Notes: generated by a model not told the origin, from the letters alone. Counted from the stretch's first letter, positions 17,541-27,312 are shown. The stretch is DNA of 48,770 bases from Candidatus Kaiserbacteria bacterium RIFCSPHIGHO2_01_FULL_54_36 (GCA_001781105.1 MFKV01000002.1:1-48770), one strand, 5' to 3'. Program-made: numbers and translations.

Positions 17541-18275
17541 TTATAATAGCCCAAATCTGAACTTGAGCATATCGATGATCGTGGGAACGACGACCGAGAG
17601 TTTGGAGCCGCTCGCGAGGCCCGCCTGTCGGTGGAAATGCGTTACCGGAAACTGCGCGATACGAAACCCGGCTCTCCGCGCACGGATAAGCATCTCAGCA
17701 TCGATAAAGGCACTGGTCCCCTTGATGGTGATGGCGTCCAAAACTTTCCGTTTGTAGATCTTCATCGAGCAGTTGACGTCACGGATAGGAAATAAAAAAA
17801 GAATGCATACGAATGCGTTGAAGAGAACGGACTGTACTTTACGCCGCCCGCTCGCGGCTTTTTCGCGCACAAATCCGGTCACAACGTCTGCCTCCTGCAG
17901 GAGCAGGAGAGCCGCCGCAAATTCGCGCACATCATATTGATTGTCTCCGTCGGTGTACATGACGTATTCGAAATGGCTATGGAGAAACCCGTCGCGGATG
18001 GTAGCTCCATAGCCGAGATTTTTCGGGTGGTGAATGACACGTACTTCCTTGTATTGCACAGCAAAACCATCGGCAACTTCGCCGGTTTTGTCGGGACTTC
18101 CATCCTCGATTATGAGGATCTCGAATTCGTTTGCGATCTCGGAGAGGAATGCATGCACGCGCGGTATCAGGACCGGCAGATTCTTTTCGTCATGGTACGC
18201 AGGGCAGAAAAAAGAAACACTGGAGAGCTTTGTGCCCGTTTCGGTCATACGGAGCGCTAGGCTTTGTATGCCCAA
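17541..18275 (-). CDS. GT2 glycosyltransferase (start may be 18248)
   Basis: Motifs FCPAYHDE, IEDGSPDKT, NLGYGA, YTDGDNQY, RDVNCSMK. Confidence 0.88.
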   Translation of the reverse strand: MGIQSLALRMTETGTKLSSVSFFCPAYHDEKNLPVLIPRVHAFLSEIANEFEILIIEDGSPDKTGEVADGFAVQYKEVRVIHHPKNLGYGATIRDGFLHSHFEYVMYTDGDNQYDVREFAAALLLLQEADVVTGFVREKAASGRRKVQSVLFNAFVCILFLFPIRDVNCSMKIYKRKVLDAITIKGTSAFIDAEMLIRARRAGFRIAQFPVTHFHRQAGLASGSKLSVVVPTIIDMLKFRFGLL

Positions 18276-18970
18276 TCAATGACCTGTTTCAAAGACTCAC
18301 GCGTACCGGCATCGGACCAAAAACCCTTGAATACAGCGTGACCGCATCTACCTTTTTTGATATACCAGTTGTTCACATCGGTGATCTCAAGTTCTCCACG
18401 CGCCGACGGTTTTAAATTCGCAACGACGTTGAATACATTCGATGGATAGATGTAGAGCCCCGTGACTGCGTACGGGCTTTTTGGTCTTTTTGGTTTCTCC
18501 TCTATCTTTACCACTCTGCCATTGCTACCTTTAAGCACAGGAACTCCGAAGCGGCTCGGGTCTTTGGGACGAGCAAAATAGAGGAACGCTTCGTCTTTTC
18601 CCGCGTTCTTAGGAGGTTTAGGAAGTTTAGCGTTCTCGAAAATATTGTCCCCCAAAACCACCGCGACCGAGTCGACCCCGACAAAATCTTTGGCAAGTCC
18701 CAACGCCTGCGCGATACCACCCGCGCTTTTTTGCACCCGATAGGTGAGCTGTACCCCGTATTCGGAACCATCGCCGAGAAATTCCGCGATACCGCCGATG
18801 TGGCCGCCGCCGGAGATGACCATAATGTCCGTTGCTCCAAGGTGTTTCAGTGTCTCCAGGGGATACAATATCATCGGCCGGTTGAGTATTGGCACCATGT
18901 GCTTATTGACCACGTAAGTCACTGGCTGGAGCCGAGTGCCTTTTCCGCCTGCAAGTATCAGACCTTTCAT
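18257..18970 (-). CDS. rmlA: Glucose-1-phosphate thymidylyltransferase (short RmlA/SpsI type)
   Basis: Motifs KGLILAGGKGTRL, VLGDNIF, IEEKP, AVTGLYIY, SARGELEITD, WSDAGT. Confidence 0.9.
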   Translation of the reverse strand: MKGLILAGGKGTRLQPVTYVVNKHMVPILNRPMILYPLETLKHLGATDIMVISGGGHIGGIAEFLGDGSEYGVQLTYRVQKSAGGIAQALGLAKDFVGVDSVAVVLGDNIFENAKLPKPPKNAGKDEAFLYFARPKDPSRFGVPVLKGSNGRVVKIEEKPKRPKSPYAVTGLYIYPSNVFNVVANLKPSARGELEITDVNNWYIKKGRCGHAVFKGFWSDAGTRESLKQVIDWAYKA

Positions 18971-18980
18971 ATTGCTATGG

Positions 18981-19994
18981 CTAATCGTTCAGCCAGTGTT
19001 GGTTTTTTGGATCCAAATACCATTTCACGGTGTCGTGCAAGGACTTGTCAAAAGAAATCTCCGGTTTCCATCCCATTTTCTTGAGCTTCGTGCCGTCGAG
19101 AGCGTAGCGGCGATCGTGTCCGGGGCGCACCGCGTGGAAGTCGACGAATTTTGGGATGAGTTTTTTGCCGATGATCTTGGCAATTCTTTCCGCGATCTCC
19201 AAGTTCGTGAATTCGTCGAATCCGATGATGTTGTAGCTCTCTCCGGGTTTGCCATGTTTTAAGAGAAAGTAGACCGCGGAAGAGGTGTTCCAACAATTGA
19301 TCCAATAGCGGCTGCCGACCGCTTCAAGTCTCTTTTTTTTATTCAACTTCGCAAAGATAGGCATCGGCGTACCATTCAGAACGGAGCGTATGGTCTTTGG
19401 AAGAAGTTTTTCAGGATGCTGCCGAATCCCGAAATTGTTCATGGTGTGAGTCGTGACAACCGGAAGTCCGTAGGTAATGAAAAAAGCATAGCCAAAAGCC
19501 TCTTGGCCGCTTTTTGATGCGGAATACGGATTCGATGGCCGATGCGGTTCGTCTTCCTTGTGCGCATGGCCCTCGGGAGCAGGTCCGAAGACCTCGTCTG
19601 TCGAGAAATTGACGAATTTTTCAAGGTTGGAACAGTTGCGCGCGAAATTCATGATGTTCACGGTGCCGACCACGTTGTCCATTGCAAACAATGCCGGGTC
19701 TTCGATGGAACGGTCGACGTGGCTGGATGCCGCAAGATGCAAAATGTAGTGGGGGTTACCGAGGCGTTTCGCCAAGGATTCGTTTACCGGTGCTTTCAGG
19801 TCGTGCCATTCAAAACGAATGCGTCCTTTGTCGACCTCATACGAAGGGATGTCCCGCACGCGATCGAGATTCCCCGACAAGTCGAGCCGGTCAAGGAGGA
19901 CAAAGTTCCAATCAGTTTTCTGTAAAAGATAATCGAGTAAGTGATGCCCGATAAATCCTGCAGCGCCTGTTATGAGTACGAGTTTTTTTGTCAT
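18981..19994 (-). CDS. rmlB: dTDP-glucose 4,6-dehydratase
   Basis: Motifs LITGAAGFIG, HLAASSHVDRSI, STDEVFG, PYSASK, QHPEK, RPGHDRRYA. Start reassigned to MTKK at 19994. Confidence 0.92.
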   Translation of the reverse strand: MTKKLVLITGAAGFIGHHLLDYLLQKTDWNFVLLDRLDLSGNLDRVRDIPSYEVDKGRIRFEWHDLKAPVNESLAKRLGNPHYILHLAASSHVDRSIEDPALFAMDNVVGTVNIMNFARNCSNLEKFVNFSTDEVFGPAPEGHAHKEDEPHRPSNPYSASKSGQEAFGYAFFITYGLPVVTTHTMNNFGIRQHPEKLLPKTIRSVLNGTPMPIFAKLNKKKRLEAVGSRYWINCWNTSSAVYFLLKHGKPGESYNIIGFDEFTNLEIAERIAKIIGKKLIPKFVDFHAVRPGHDRRYALDGTKLKKMGWKPEISFDKSLHDTVKWYLDPKNQHWLND

Positions 19995-20301
19995 GGAAAA
20001 ACTGCTTTGCGGATACAATCTAGCACTTATCCCTCTTTCTGGAAAGTGCTTGCTGAATATGTCCAATTATCAAGATATTTCGGATTGCATACCCGAAAAT
20101 TCCTTCTTGACCTAAGCATGTCAAAGGTTCTCCCAAAACCAGAGAAGATGATTTTCTTTGCAGAATACAATGTTGTTAATTTCTTGTTATAGCATGCGCT
20201 AAACAACACTTTCGAAACCATACAGCGAACGCTCACTTGCGCATTCCTCGGTGCAGAATACTAGAAATAGCTTGAACTTGCCACTCTGTTCTTTGAATTT
20301 C

Positions 20302-20344
20302 AAAAAGAAAGCCGCCCGACGAACCGAAGCTCGTCGGGAGCTTT
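20302..20344 (-). terminator. Intrinsic terminator with C(UUCG)G loop, possibly bidirectional
   Basis: Minus strand CCCGACGAGC-TTCG-GTTCGTCGGG followed by CGGCTTTCTTTTT, about 25 nt after the stop at 20365. Confidence 0.8.
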
Positions 20345-20364
20345 TCAGTTCGCGGGCGGTTGCC

Positions 20365-20748
20365 TCACATGCCGAAGTCGACACGGGCTTCGATTGGCTT
20401 CATCGTATCGTCGAGCGGCAAGCGTTTACGCGCCAAGGTGATGCCGTACCCTTCGATGTTCTCGTCGAGGGTGTAGAACGGGGCTCCCCGCGCCTTCGGA
20501 TGCAAGTCATAGCCCTTGCCCGAACGAACCTCCCTCACTTCATAGAGGCCGTCGAGATATGTGGCCTCGAGTTCCTTGGACTCGGACGTTGCGCCCTCGC
20601 CGACTGTCGCACGGAACGTCCGCTTAGCACGAAGCGGCACGAGATCACCCACCTTCGGGGACTTTCCGCCCGGGTAGTCGTCGGCCGCGATGCTGCAAAG
20701 GTTGGCGTCGTTGCCCTCGCAGAGAATCAGAACGACCTTGCCTTTCAT
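20365..20748 (-). CDS. Hypothetical protein (127 aa)
   Basis: Strong SD AAGGAG 7 nt before the ATG, protein-like composition, followed by a terminator. Confidence 0.7.
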   Translation of the reverse strand: MKGKVVLILCEGNDANLCSIAADDYPGGKSPKVGDLVPLRAKRTFRATVGEGATSESKELEATYLDGLYEVREVRSGKGYDLHPKARGAPFYTLDENIEGYGITLARKRLPLDDTMKPIEARVDFGM

Positions 20749-20796
20749 GTCGATCTCCTTCAGATTGAACGGCGCGCTCGGCGCGCACCTTCAGGG

Positions 20797-21291
20797 TTAC
20801 GCTGTCGGCATCAATACGCCGGATTTCAGAGACGCGGCCACCGCATCGAGTCTCGGCAGCCAGAGTTCGCGACCAGGGACTTCAGTCGCGTCGATTGGTC
20901 CGCAAACACTGTCGAGCGCATCCCGCATCTTTGGCATGATCTGCAGCGCGTGCTTTTTCATCTCGTCAAAGCCCATCGCCACGAAGCCGGTGCGCAGGAT
21001 GTAGAGCCACGACAGACCCTCGGTCTGCTCGAGAGCCTTCGCAAGTTGATAGACCTGCTCGCTTTCGTAACGAAGCTTGCCTTCCCAACTCGGCGTCATG
21101 ACATAGCCGGGAGGAATCGAGCCCGGCGGGCCATACAGACTGTTGAAGATGATAGCGATGTCATTCTTCATCGGCACGATCGCGCCGGGCATGATGCAGT
21201 TGAAGATGATGAAGTGGCGATTCTTTGCCACCTCGTCCGGTCGATGCAAGAGACCGTAGGCTACGAGGGGTTTCAACCTTAAGTCGCGCAT
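20797..21291 (-). CDS. Hypothetical protein (164 aa)
   Basis: SD GGAGGT upstream of ATG 21291 (MRDLRLKP...). Co-oriented with the next ORF. Confidence 0.65.
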   Translation of the reverse strand: MRDLRLKPLVAYGLLHRPDEVAKNRHFIIFNCIMPGAIVPMKNDIAIIFNSLYGPPGSIPPGYVMTPSWEGKLRYESEQVYQLAKALEQTEGLSWLYILRTGFVAMGFDEMKKHALQIMPKMRDALDSVCGPIDATEVPGRELWLPRLDAVAASLKSGVLMPTA

Positions 21292-21425
21292 TGTCAAAGA
21301 CCTCCGATTCGGATTTCGCAGTTTGCAAAATCTCGTTGCGATACTATGCCACATCCAGCCAAGAATTACAATCTAAAATCGAAAGAAGAGTGAATTCTGA
21401 AACAATATTGAAACTGCCCGACGGT

Positions 21426-23492
21426 TCATTGAGTTGCCAAGGGATCACTGTCGGGACAGTAGTATACATGTGCCGCAATGACCCCCGAAGATGTCACGAA
21501 CTCAATGTCACATGTGGCGAAAAATTTTCTATAAAAACTCCCGTCACTCCAGCGCGGAATGCCGACGACAAGGTAGTGGCCGCTATGTTCGGCAAAGATC
21601 CCTCTATGCGCTTCTTCGTATTGCGGTGCGGCATAGAAGCGGCTGGCATACTTACCCCGCTGCCAGAGCTCGAAGGCGCCGATATCGTTGTGGGTGATGA
21701 CGGAAGTAATGTCGGAGGTATCGATATAAGTGAGCGCTTCGCGGAACACTACTGGCGCACTGCCGTTTAGTCGGCCGAAAAAGTATTCTTCCGCAAAGAC
21801 ACCAGCATAGAGGAGCGAAACGGCAAGGAGGGCAGTGGCAGAGAACTGCCGCCATTCTCTTTTAAACAATGCAGCGGCAGCGAGTGCCGCGCCGACAATG
21901 AACGACAGCGCAATGAAAAGGAAGGAGACATAGAAGCCCATCGGGCCGGAGCCGCCGAAGAACGGGAGGAGGATATTCCAGTGCAATGATGCTACCTCTT
22001 TGGCCCATGCCGCCTTCGGGTAGAGCGGCAGCACGTCATGCGGCAAGAAGTTCAGCGCAAAGAGCGCGGTGGCGCTGGCGAGCAGCAAAGCGGCTTGCGA
22101 GCGGGAAAACATTCTCAAATGAGGCGCGAGCGCCACAGCGGCTATAGCACAGACTGGAACGATGCTGAACATGAGGTATTTGTCGAGAGCGCCCATGGAG
22201 AAATCGAATAACATTAAATAAAAAATGAGGCCCGCTCCCAGATAGATGTTGAATATGCGGGTCCGTTCAAATACTTCGCGGCTAAAGAATACCACGGCGG
22301 CAAGCGCGATGGGGCCCGTATAGAGAAGTGCTTTGACGGTTTGAAAGATGATCTGCCCCCATCCACGGTCAAATCCCTGCACATAGGTAAGGGCATGCCC
22401 TATCATCGCATCTGCGCTAAATGCCGGATATACATACCGGGCTACCCAGACGAGGAACGCCAGGACTGCGAGGAAAACGAGGAGTGCGCTCCCGAGCCGC
22501 GCAACAAGGCCCCACGTGATGTCTCTGCGCCTCTCATAAAGGTAATCCAGCATGAGAGCGCCGACGACGATAACGAAACTGAGCTTGATAAGGAATCCGA
22601 GGATGAGCGCAACGAGGAGAAGCGAGAGGAAAAGAACTCGTAATCCTCCAGAATACTCCCGTGCGCGATCATAGGCGTAGACCGAAAGCAGCATGAAGAA
22701 GGGCAATATGGCTCCGTCGAGATCGAGCATCAGCGCGGCAATAGTCCCGTACGCGCTTGTCCCGAGCACAATTATGGTAAGCAGAGCCGCTTTAAAGCCA
22801 GCCCGGCGCTCTACAATAAGGTACAAAAGTCCAAATGAGCCAGCGGTAAAGGCAAGCGGGATGAGCCGCAAAAGCTCCGGCGGGAGAAAGCCGGCGATTC
22901 GGTAGAGGAGCTCGGTCAAGGGTGGATGGTGGAAGAGCCCAGCCATGCCCACCGGATCTACGACGAACCGCGCGGTCTTCCATTCGTCCTGGTGGAAAGG
23001 CAAATCGATGCCGAAGAACTTCACCGCGACTAAGAGGAGAGAAACGCCGCCCGCGATAATGAGCCCCCGCTCCCACTCCCCCAATTCTTCGCTCCAAAGC
23101 GTTTTGAAAGGGCGGCGAGGAGCGCCGCGGAATATCATGTGATAAAAAATAAAATTCGCAATCGCGATAAAAATGCCGACCACGAATTGCGCGAAGAGAT
23201 AATGGGATCCTGCATATTCAACGAGTGTATAGACCGCTCCTGCGTCGAAGAGAAGCCCTCCGAGTGCTACCAAGAAGTATTGCGCCGCTTCCACGTGCAT
23301 GCGCTCGAGTGCCGTATGCCGGAACGTCCAGAATTTCTGGAGCGTAAAGCTCACTGAAAAGCCGGCACAAAAACCGCCAATTGAAGAATAGAGGTACCAT
23401 ATGCCGAAGGTGTCAGTGAGCGCGTATGTGACAAAGAGGTTTGTCATGGTCGCGATCAGGCCGGCTATTACGAATCGTATGATTTTTTGCAT
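21426..23492 (-). CDS. Second GtrA-like domain + GT-C glycosyltransferase fusion
   Basis: RFVIAG...VSFTLQKFWTF (GtrA), then HQDE, HPPL and GFLIK in a polytopic membrane domain. Confidence 0.85.
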   Translation of the reverse strand: MQKIIRFVIAGLIATMTNLFVTYALTDTFGIWYLYSSIGGFCAGFSVSFTLQKFWTFRHTALERMHVEAAQYFLVALGGLLFDAGAVYTLVEYAGSHYLFAQFVVGIFIAIANFIFYHMIFRGAPRRPFKTLWSEELGEWERGLIIAGGVSLLLVAVKFFGIDLPFHQDEWKTARFVVDPVGMAGLFHHPPLTELLYRIAGFLPPELLRLIPLAFTAGSFGLLYLIVERRAGFKAALLTIIVLGTSAYGTIAALMLDLDGAILPFFMLLSVYAYDRAREYSGGLRVLFLSLLLVALILGFLIKLSFVIVVGALMLDYLYERRRDITWGLVARLGSALLVFLAVLAFLVWVARYVYPAFSADAMIGHALTYVQGFDRGWGQIIFQTVKALLYTGPIALAAVVFFSREVFERTRIFNIYLGAGLIFYLMLFDFSMGALDKYLMFSIVPVCAIAAVALAPHLRMFSRSQAALLLASATALFALNFLPHDVLPLYPKAAWAKEVASLHWNILLPFFGGSGPMGFYVSFLFIALSFIVGAALAAAALFKREWRQFSATALLAVSLLYAGVFAEEYFFGRLNGSAPVVFREALTYIDTSDITSVITHNDIGAFELWQRGKYASRFYAAPQYEEAHRGIFAEHSGHYLVVGIPRWSDGSFYRKFFATCDIEFVTSSGVIAAHVYYCPDSDPLATQ

Positions 23493-23494
23493 GG

Positions 23495-24571
23495 CTATAA
23501 CTCAGCTGCGAGACGCTCAGCGAGCGCTTGTAAATTTTGTCCTTTGAGTACCAATTCGCTTGTTTTGGAAGCGATCGCACGGCATTCAGCATCAGGAAGC
23601 ATGAGAAATTCTCGCAACTTCTCCTTGATCGCTTGCGCGTTATCGTCCGGGACAAGGAAGCGCTCGCCGGCAAGCGCAGCATAATCGCGGCTCGACGCAA
23701 GGACGATACATCCGCTCGCGGCGGCTTCGAATATGGTTTTATCATACGTGCCACTCGAGGAGAGGTTTATATATATCTCGTGATTGCTGAATATTCCCGG
23801 CGCAGCTGAATGCGGCACCCCCTCGTGAAAGACGGCTGAATTGCCGAATCCTAGCTCCTCTGCTCGCCGCAAGACTTGCGCGCGATACGCAGCATCAGCG
23901 GGGAGTGTTGCGCCAAAGAACGAGGCCTTGAACGGGACATTGCTTTTCTGAAGTAGTCCAAGTGCTTCTATAAGCAGGTGCGGCTTTTTCGCCGGAGCAA
24001 AACGTGCAAAGAAAAGGACGGAGCCGGGGATACGAGAAGAGGTGTCGGACGAGAACGATTGGGTATCGATGCCTAGCGGCATGATCACTGTTTGCCTGTA
24101 CTTCGCGGTATAGGAGTAGCGCGATGTGCAGAATACTTTTGTGGCAAACCATGCCGCCGCATCGGTCAAAGGTCCGCCAGCATAGTGGTTGCGCCAGAGG
24201 TACATGCGCTTGCCGAGGATCTTCCACAGCCACCCGCCAAGCAACACGTACTCTTGATTCATATGCACGAATACTGCATCGTACGAGTGGCGAAGTCTCC
24301 AGATGAGTACCAAAAATTTCGCAGTGTAGCGCAATCTCAACAACATTCTTTCTCCCCTGCCCTCCGAAGCTTCAGCGTAGGAGGGTTTCCCGAGAGAGTG
24401 AACGTGGACGTTGCTCGGGAGTGAATGAGTACCTTCTTTTAAACACACGACCTCAATGTGCTCAAAATGCTTGGCAAATTCAATAAGCCACCCGTGAAAA
24501 AAACTCAGGTATGGGTCTTGTATGTCAACGACCTGTGTCACGATAAGGAGACGCTGTGGCTTATTTTCCAT
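23495..24571 (-). CDS. GT4 glycosyltransferase
   Basis: Motifs VFVHMN, LGIDT, ARFAPAKK, DKTIFEAAASG. Confidence 0.9.
   Translation of the reverse strand: MENKPQRLLIVTQVVDIQDPYLSFFHGWLIEFAKHFEHIEVVCLKEGTHSLPSNVHVHSLGKPSYAEASEGRGERMLLRLRYTAKFLVLIWRLRHSYDAVFVHMNQEYVLLGGWLWKILGKRMYLWRNHYAGGPLTDAAAWFATKVFCTSRYSYTAKYRQTVIMPLGIDTQSFSSDTSSRIPGSVLFFARFAPAKKPHLLIEALGLLQKSNVPFKASFFGATLPADAAYRAQVLRRAEELGFGNSAVFHEGVPHSAAPGIFSNHEIYINLSSSGTYDKTIFEAAASGCIVLASSRDYAALAGERFLVPDDNAQAIKEKLREFLMLPDAECRAIASKTSELVLKGQNLQALAERLAAEL
24356..24385 (-). repeat. Short palindromic repeat (family A) in frame inside the GT4 gene, encoding PSYAEASEGR
   Basis: Minus strand CCCTCC-TACGCTGAAGCTTC-GGAGGG-CAGG. A related copy lies at 32396-32459. 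Confidence 0.7.
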
Positions 24572-26495
24572 AGACGCCTTCGAGCAAGTCGAGGTCTTTG
24601 CCCGAGTCGCGCAAGAGCTTCACATTTTTCTGCTCTATTGCTACGAGCGCGGCAACGCCTGCAGCATCCTCCGGGAATGTTTTCTCGTAGATAGAGCGGA
24701 ACGCAGCGAAGTCTTTGATAAAGCAGTGTCCTCCCGCGCCGCGCCCTGCAGGCCCGCCATGCCCACTTTGGTGTACTGGATCAAGGTGGGAGCGGCCCAT
24801 ACGCGGATCGGCGGCAAAAGCATCGCGCACGGCGTCGTATTTCCCGCCAAGTTTGCTGGTAAGGTCGTAGAGCATGTTCATGTACACCACTTTGATATAG
24901 AGCCAGTCGTTGCTCGCATATTTAACGATCTCAGCTTCTATCGCGGAGCAAATGAGCTCAAATGGCGCTGGGGGCAACACGGTGAGTACTTTTTGGGCCG
25001 CAGCGTGCACTTCGGGTATGTCATAGCAGATGCCAATGATGTTGCGGTCGGGGTGTGCGGCATCATAGGCTGCGGTTGCCTCTCGCAAGAATTCAGGCGA
25101 GTGCATGACGATCTTCTTCGAGTACTGCTCCTGGATCTTTTCTGTCATACCCGGAAGCATCGTGGATTTGATAACCGCGACTTTTCCGTCTCCTACCAAG
25201 GAAACTGCTTCGCGCACGATCGCGTCGCTAAAGCCTTCAGGGGTCGTCGGCGTCGGCACGGCAATGAAGACGATGTCACAATCCCGTATCTTGTCCTTAT
25301 TGTTTCGATACGGCTCCTCCAAGGCGTAGCGCACGACCGGGAATCCTCGGCCCTCGAGCTCATCTGCATAATTCTTTCCGATAAAGCCCTGCCCTACGTA
25401 GCCCACCGTCGGGCGTACTTCCATTTCTGCCTGGGTGCTCGTGCGTCGTTCGAATCCTGTCGCTGAGGCGATGTCGGCGTACCAGAGCTCACGATATTCG
25501 GCTTCCGTCGGGAAGCTAAGGGAGAGCTTGCCACGTTTGCCTTCGGAAAGTACCGCGGTCACGACACGAGGCAGGTCATCTCGTGTGGCGATGATGGCCC
25601 CCGCTTCGCGCGCGAGGCCGACATCGTACGCGACGACGGGGGATCCCACGGCAAGAGCTTCGATGATGACCATGCCGAACCCTTCGTACTCCGACGTCAC
25701 AAGCAGGGCATCTGCCGCTTTGTAGAACAGGAATGGATCCTGCGCTCCTTCGAAGACAATTCTGTCCGCAACCCCAAGCTCCTTCGCGAGATGCTCGAGT
25801 GCGACACGCTCCGAACCGCTGCCGAGAATAACGAGTCCGACCGTTGGATCTGACTTCACGATCTCCGCAAATGCGCGAACAGAAGCCGCGACGTTCTTCT
25901 CTTTCTCCAGCCGCGCGACAACGAGTAGGACTTTCTTGAAATTCGGATAGCGCGCTCGAACATCGATCGGCTCTGTTTTTGTGACTTTCTCAATATCAAC
26001 GAAAACTGGCAAGACGTTTGGCGCTTTGAAGCCGCGTGCGACGAGCGAGTCCGCGATACGCTTCGACACGACGCGCACTGCATCGGCCTGCGACAAAAGG
26101 AATCGCGCAAGCAGCACTTTCAGGCGATTGCCCGTTGAACGGGAGGAGAAATACGGGTCGAAGAGGTCGGTGTGCACCTGTAGGTGAAGCTTTGAGCCGC
26201 GTATGCGAGCGATAAGCCAGCCGACGAGGCCGGTCAAAAACGGGTCTTGCGCCGAGACAATATCCGGCCTAGTGATGCGCCACCCCGCGGCAATGGTCCG
26301 CAGAGAGCCGAATACCTTCCCCAGCCCGAAGCCACGTACCGCCGCGTTTCCCGTTATCTGCACGAGCTGATTGGGCCCGTGTGGCACGAGTACATCCATG
26401 CGCTCCACCATGCGCGCCTGCATCCGCAAGCGCTTTGCAACAGCGCTCGTTTCATTAAAAGCATTCCAATCCGTGGAGAGCACCAGTACGCGCAT
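24561..26495 (-). CDS. GT4 glycosyltransferase fused to a UDP-glucose/GDP-mannose dehydrogenase (NAD-binding + dimerisation domains)
   Basis: GT4 motifs VARLEKEKN and EGFGMVIIEA, then VGQGFIG, FIAVPTP, IKST, SPEFLRE and catalytic GGHCFIKD. Confidence 0.88.
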   Translation of the reverse strand: MRVLVLSTDWNAFNETSAVAKRLRMQARMVERMDVLVPHGPNQLVQITGNAAVRGFGLGKVFGSLRTIAAGWRITRPDIVSAQDPFLTGLVGWLIARIRGSKLHLQVHTDLFDPYFSSRSTGNRLKVLLARFLLSQADAVRVVSKRIADSLVARGFKAPNVLPVFVDIEKVTKTEPIDVRARYPNFKKVLLVVARLEKEKNVAASVRAFAEIVKSDPTVGLVILGSGSERVALEHLAKELGVADRIVFEGAQDPFLFYKAADALLVTSEYEGFGMVIIEALAVGSPVVAYDVGLAREAGAIIATRDDLPRVVTAVLSEGKRGKLSLSFPTEAEYRELWYADIASATGFERRTSTQAEMEVRPTVGYVGQGFIGKNYADELEGRGFPVVRYALEEPYRNNKDKIRDCDIVFIAVPTPTTPEGFSDAIVREAVSLVGDGKVAVIKSTMLPGMTEKIQEQYSKKIVMHSPEFLREATAAYDAAHPDRNIIGICYDIPEVHAAAQKVLTVLPPAPFELICSAIEAEIVKYASNDWLYIKVVYMNMLYDLTSKLGGKYDAVRDAFAADPRMGRSHLDPVHQSGHGGPAGRGAGGHCFIKDFAAFRSIYEKTFPEDAAGVAALVAIEQKNVKLLRDSGKDLDLLEGVYGK

Positions 26496-26547
26496 CCGCG
26501 CATTCTAGCCGTTTTCCCGGCTTTTTCAAACCAAGACCTTGGAATCT

Positions 26548-27312
26548 TTATTTCAGCAGAGGTCGAATCACGTCGACCAGTTTTTGATGGATGAGGCCAT
26601 TGCTGGCTATGAATCCATTTATCTCTTTGTCGTACCGCTGCTCTTCACCTTTTAAGTCGGTAACTTTCCCGCCAGCTTCTTCGACAATTATTTTAACGGC
26701 CGCGCCGTCCCACGGTTTGTCGTATTCGTAGATGTTGGCAGCAAACTCTCCTGTAGCAACCAACATGCCGGCATATACACACGAATAGAAAGCAGGGAGG
26801 TAACATCCTTCCGCCGTTAACTTCTCACGTATAGAAGGGAGCCGGTACTCTCCAGCGACCTCAACGAGTGACATTTTACTAAAATTTGAATCCTTGGAGA
26901 CTGATATCTTTTGCCCGTTCAGGAATGCTCCTGTGCCTTTCTCGGCGTGGAGAAGTCGATCACTGACCGGATCGTAGATAACGCCGAGCATGCTCTCGCC
27001 GTTTTTCGTGAGAGCAAGAGAGAATACGAATGTGGGCCATCCGTGAGAGAAGGGCACGGTGCCATCCACGGGATCGCACACCCACACGTATTCGCTATTT
27101 ACTAATCTACTTCCTTCTTCTCCTAAAAAAGAGTGTGCCGGGTATGTATTTTGAACTGCATTGAGCACTAGTGCATTTACTTTGGTATCTGTGATTGTGA
27201 GGGGTGTGTTATCTTCTTTCCATTCCTTTTTCATTCCAAGCGAGAAATTCTCCTTCATTATTTCTCCTGCTTCTCGGGCAAGATTAACTGCAAATTCGAG
27301 ATTATCGTTCAT
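26548..27312 (-). CDS. Inositol monophosphatase family protein
   Basis: Motifs LGEEG, WVCDPVDGT, PWDGAA, EEAGG. Start reassigned to MNDNLEF. Confidence 0.9.
   Translation of the reverse strand: MNDNLEFAVNLAREAGEIMKENFSLGMKKEWKEDNTPLTITDTKVNALVLNAVQNTYPAHSFLGEEGSRLVNSEYVWVCDPVDGTVPFSHGWPTFVFSLALTKNGESMLGVIYDPVSDRLLHAEKGTGAFLNGQKISVSKDSNFSKMSLVEVAGEYRLPSIREKLTAEGCYLPAFYSCVYAGMLVATGEFAANIYEYDKPWDGAAVKIIVEEAGGKVTDLKGEEQRYDKEINGFIASNGLIHQKLVDVIRPLLK

Noticed and set aside
20107-20124. TTGAC-N8-GTCAA inverted repeat upstream of rmlB as an operator
   Set aside because: Only 5-bp arms and a single instance; no cognate regulator can be supported.
20251-21282. 343-aa + strand ORF
   Set aside because: Arg-rich with no motifs. 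The minus strand has two ORFs with SDs and a matching terminator.
26531-26544. CCAAGACCTTGG mini-palindrome as another repeat family
   Set aside because: Too short and single-copy in the window to support.
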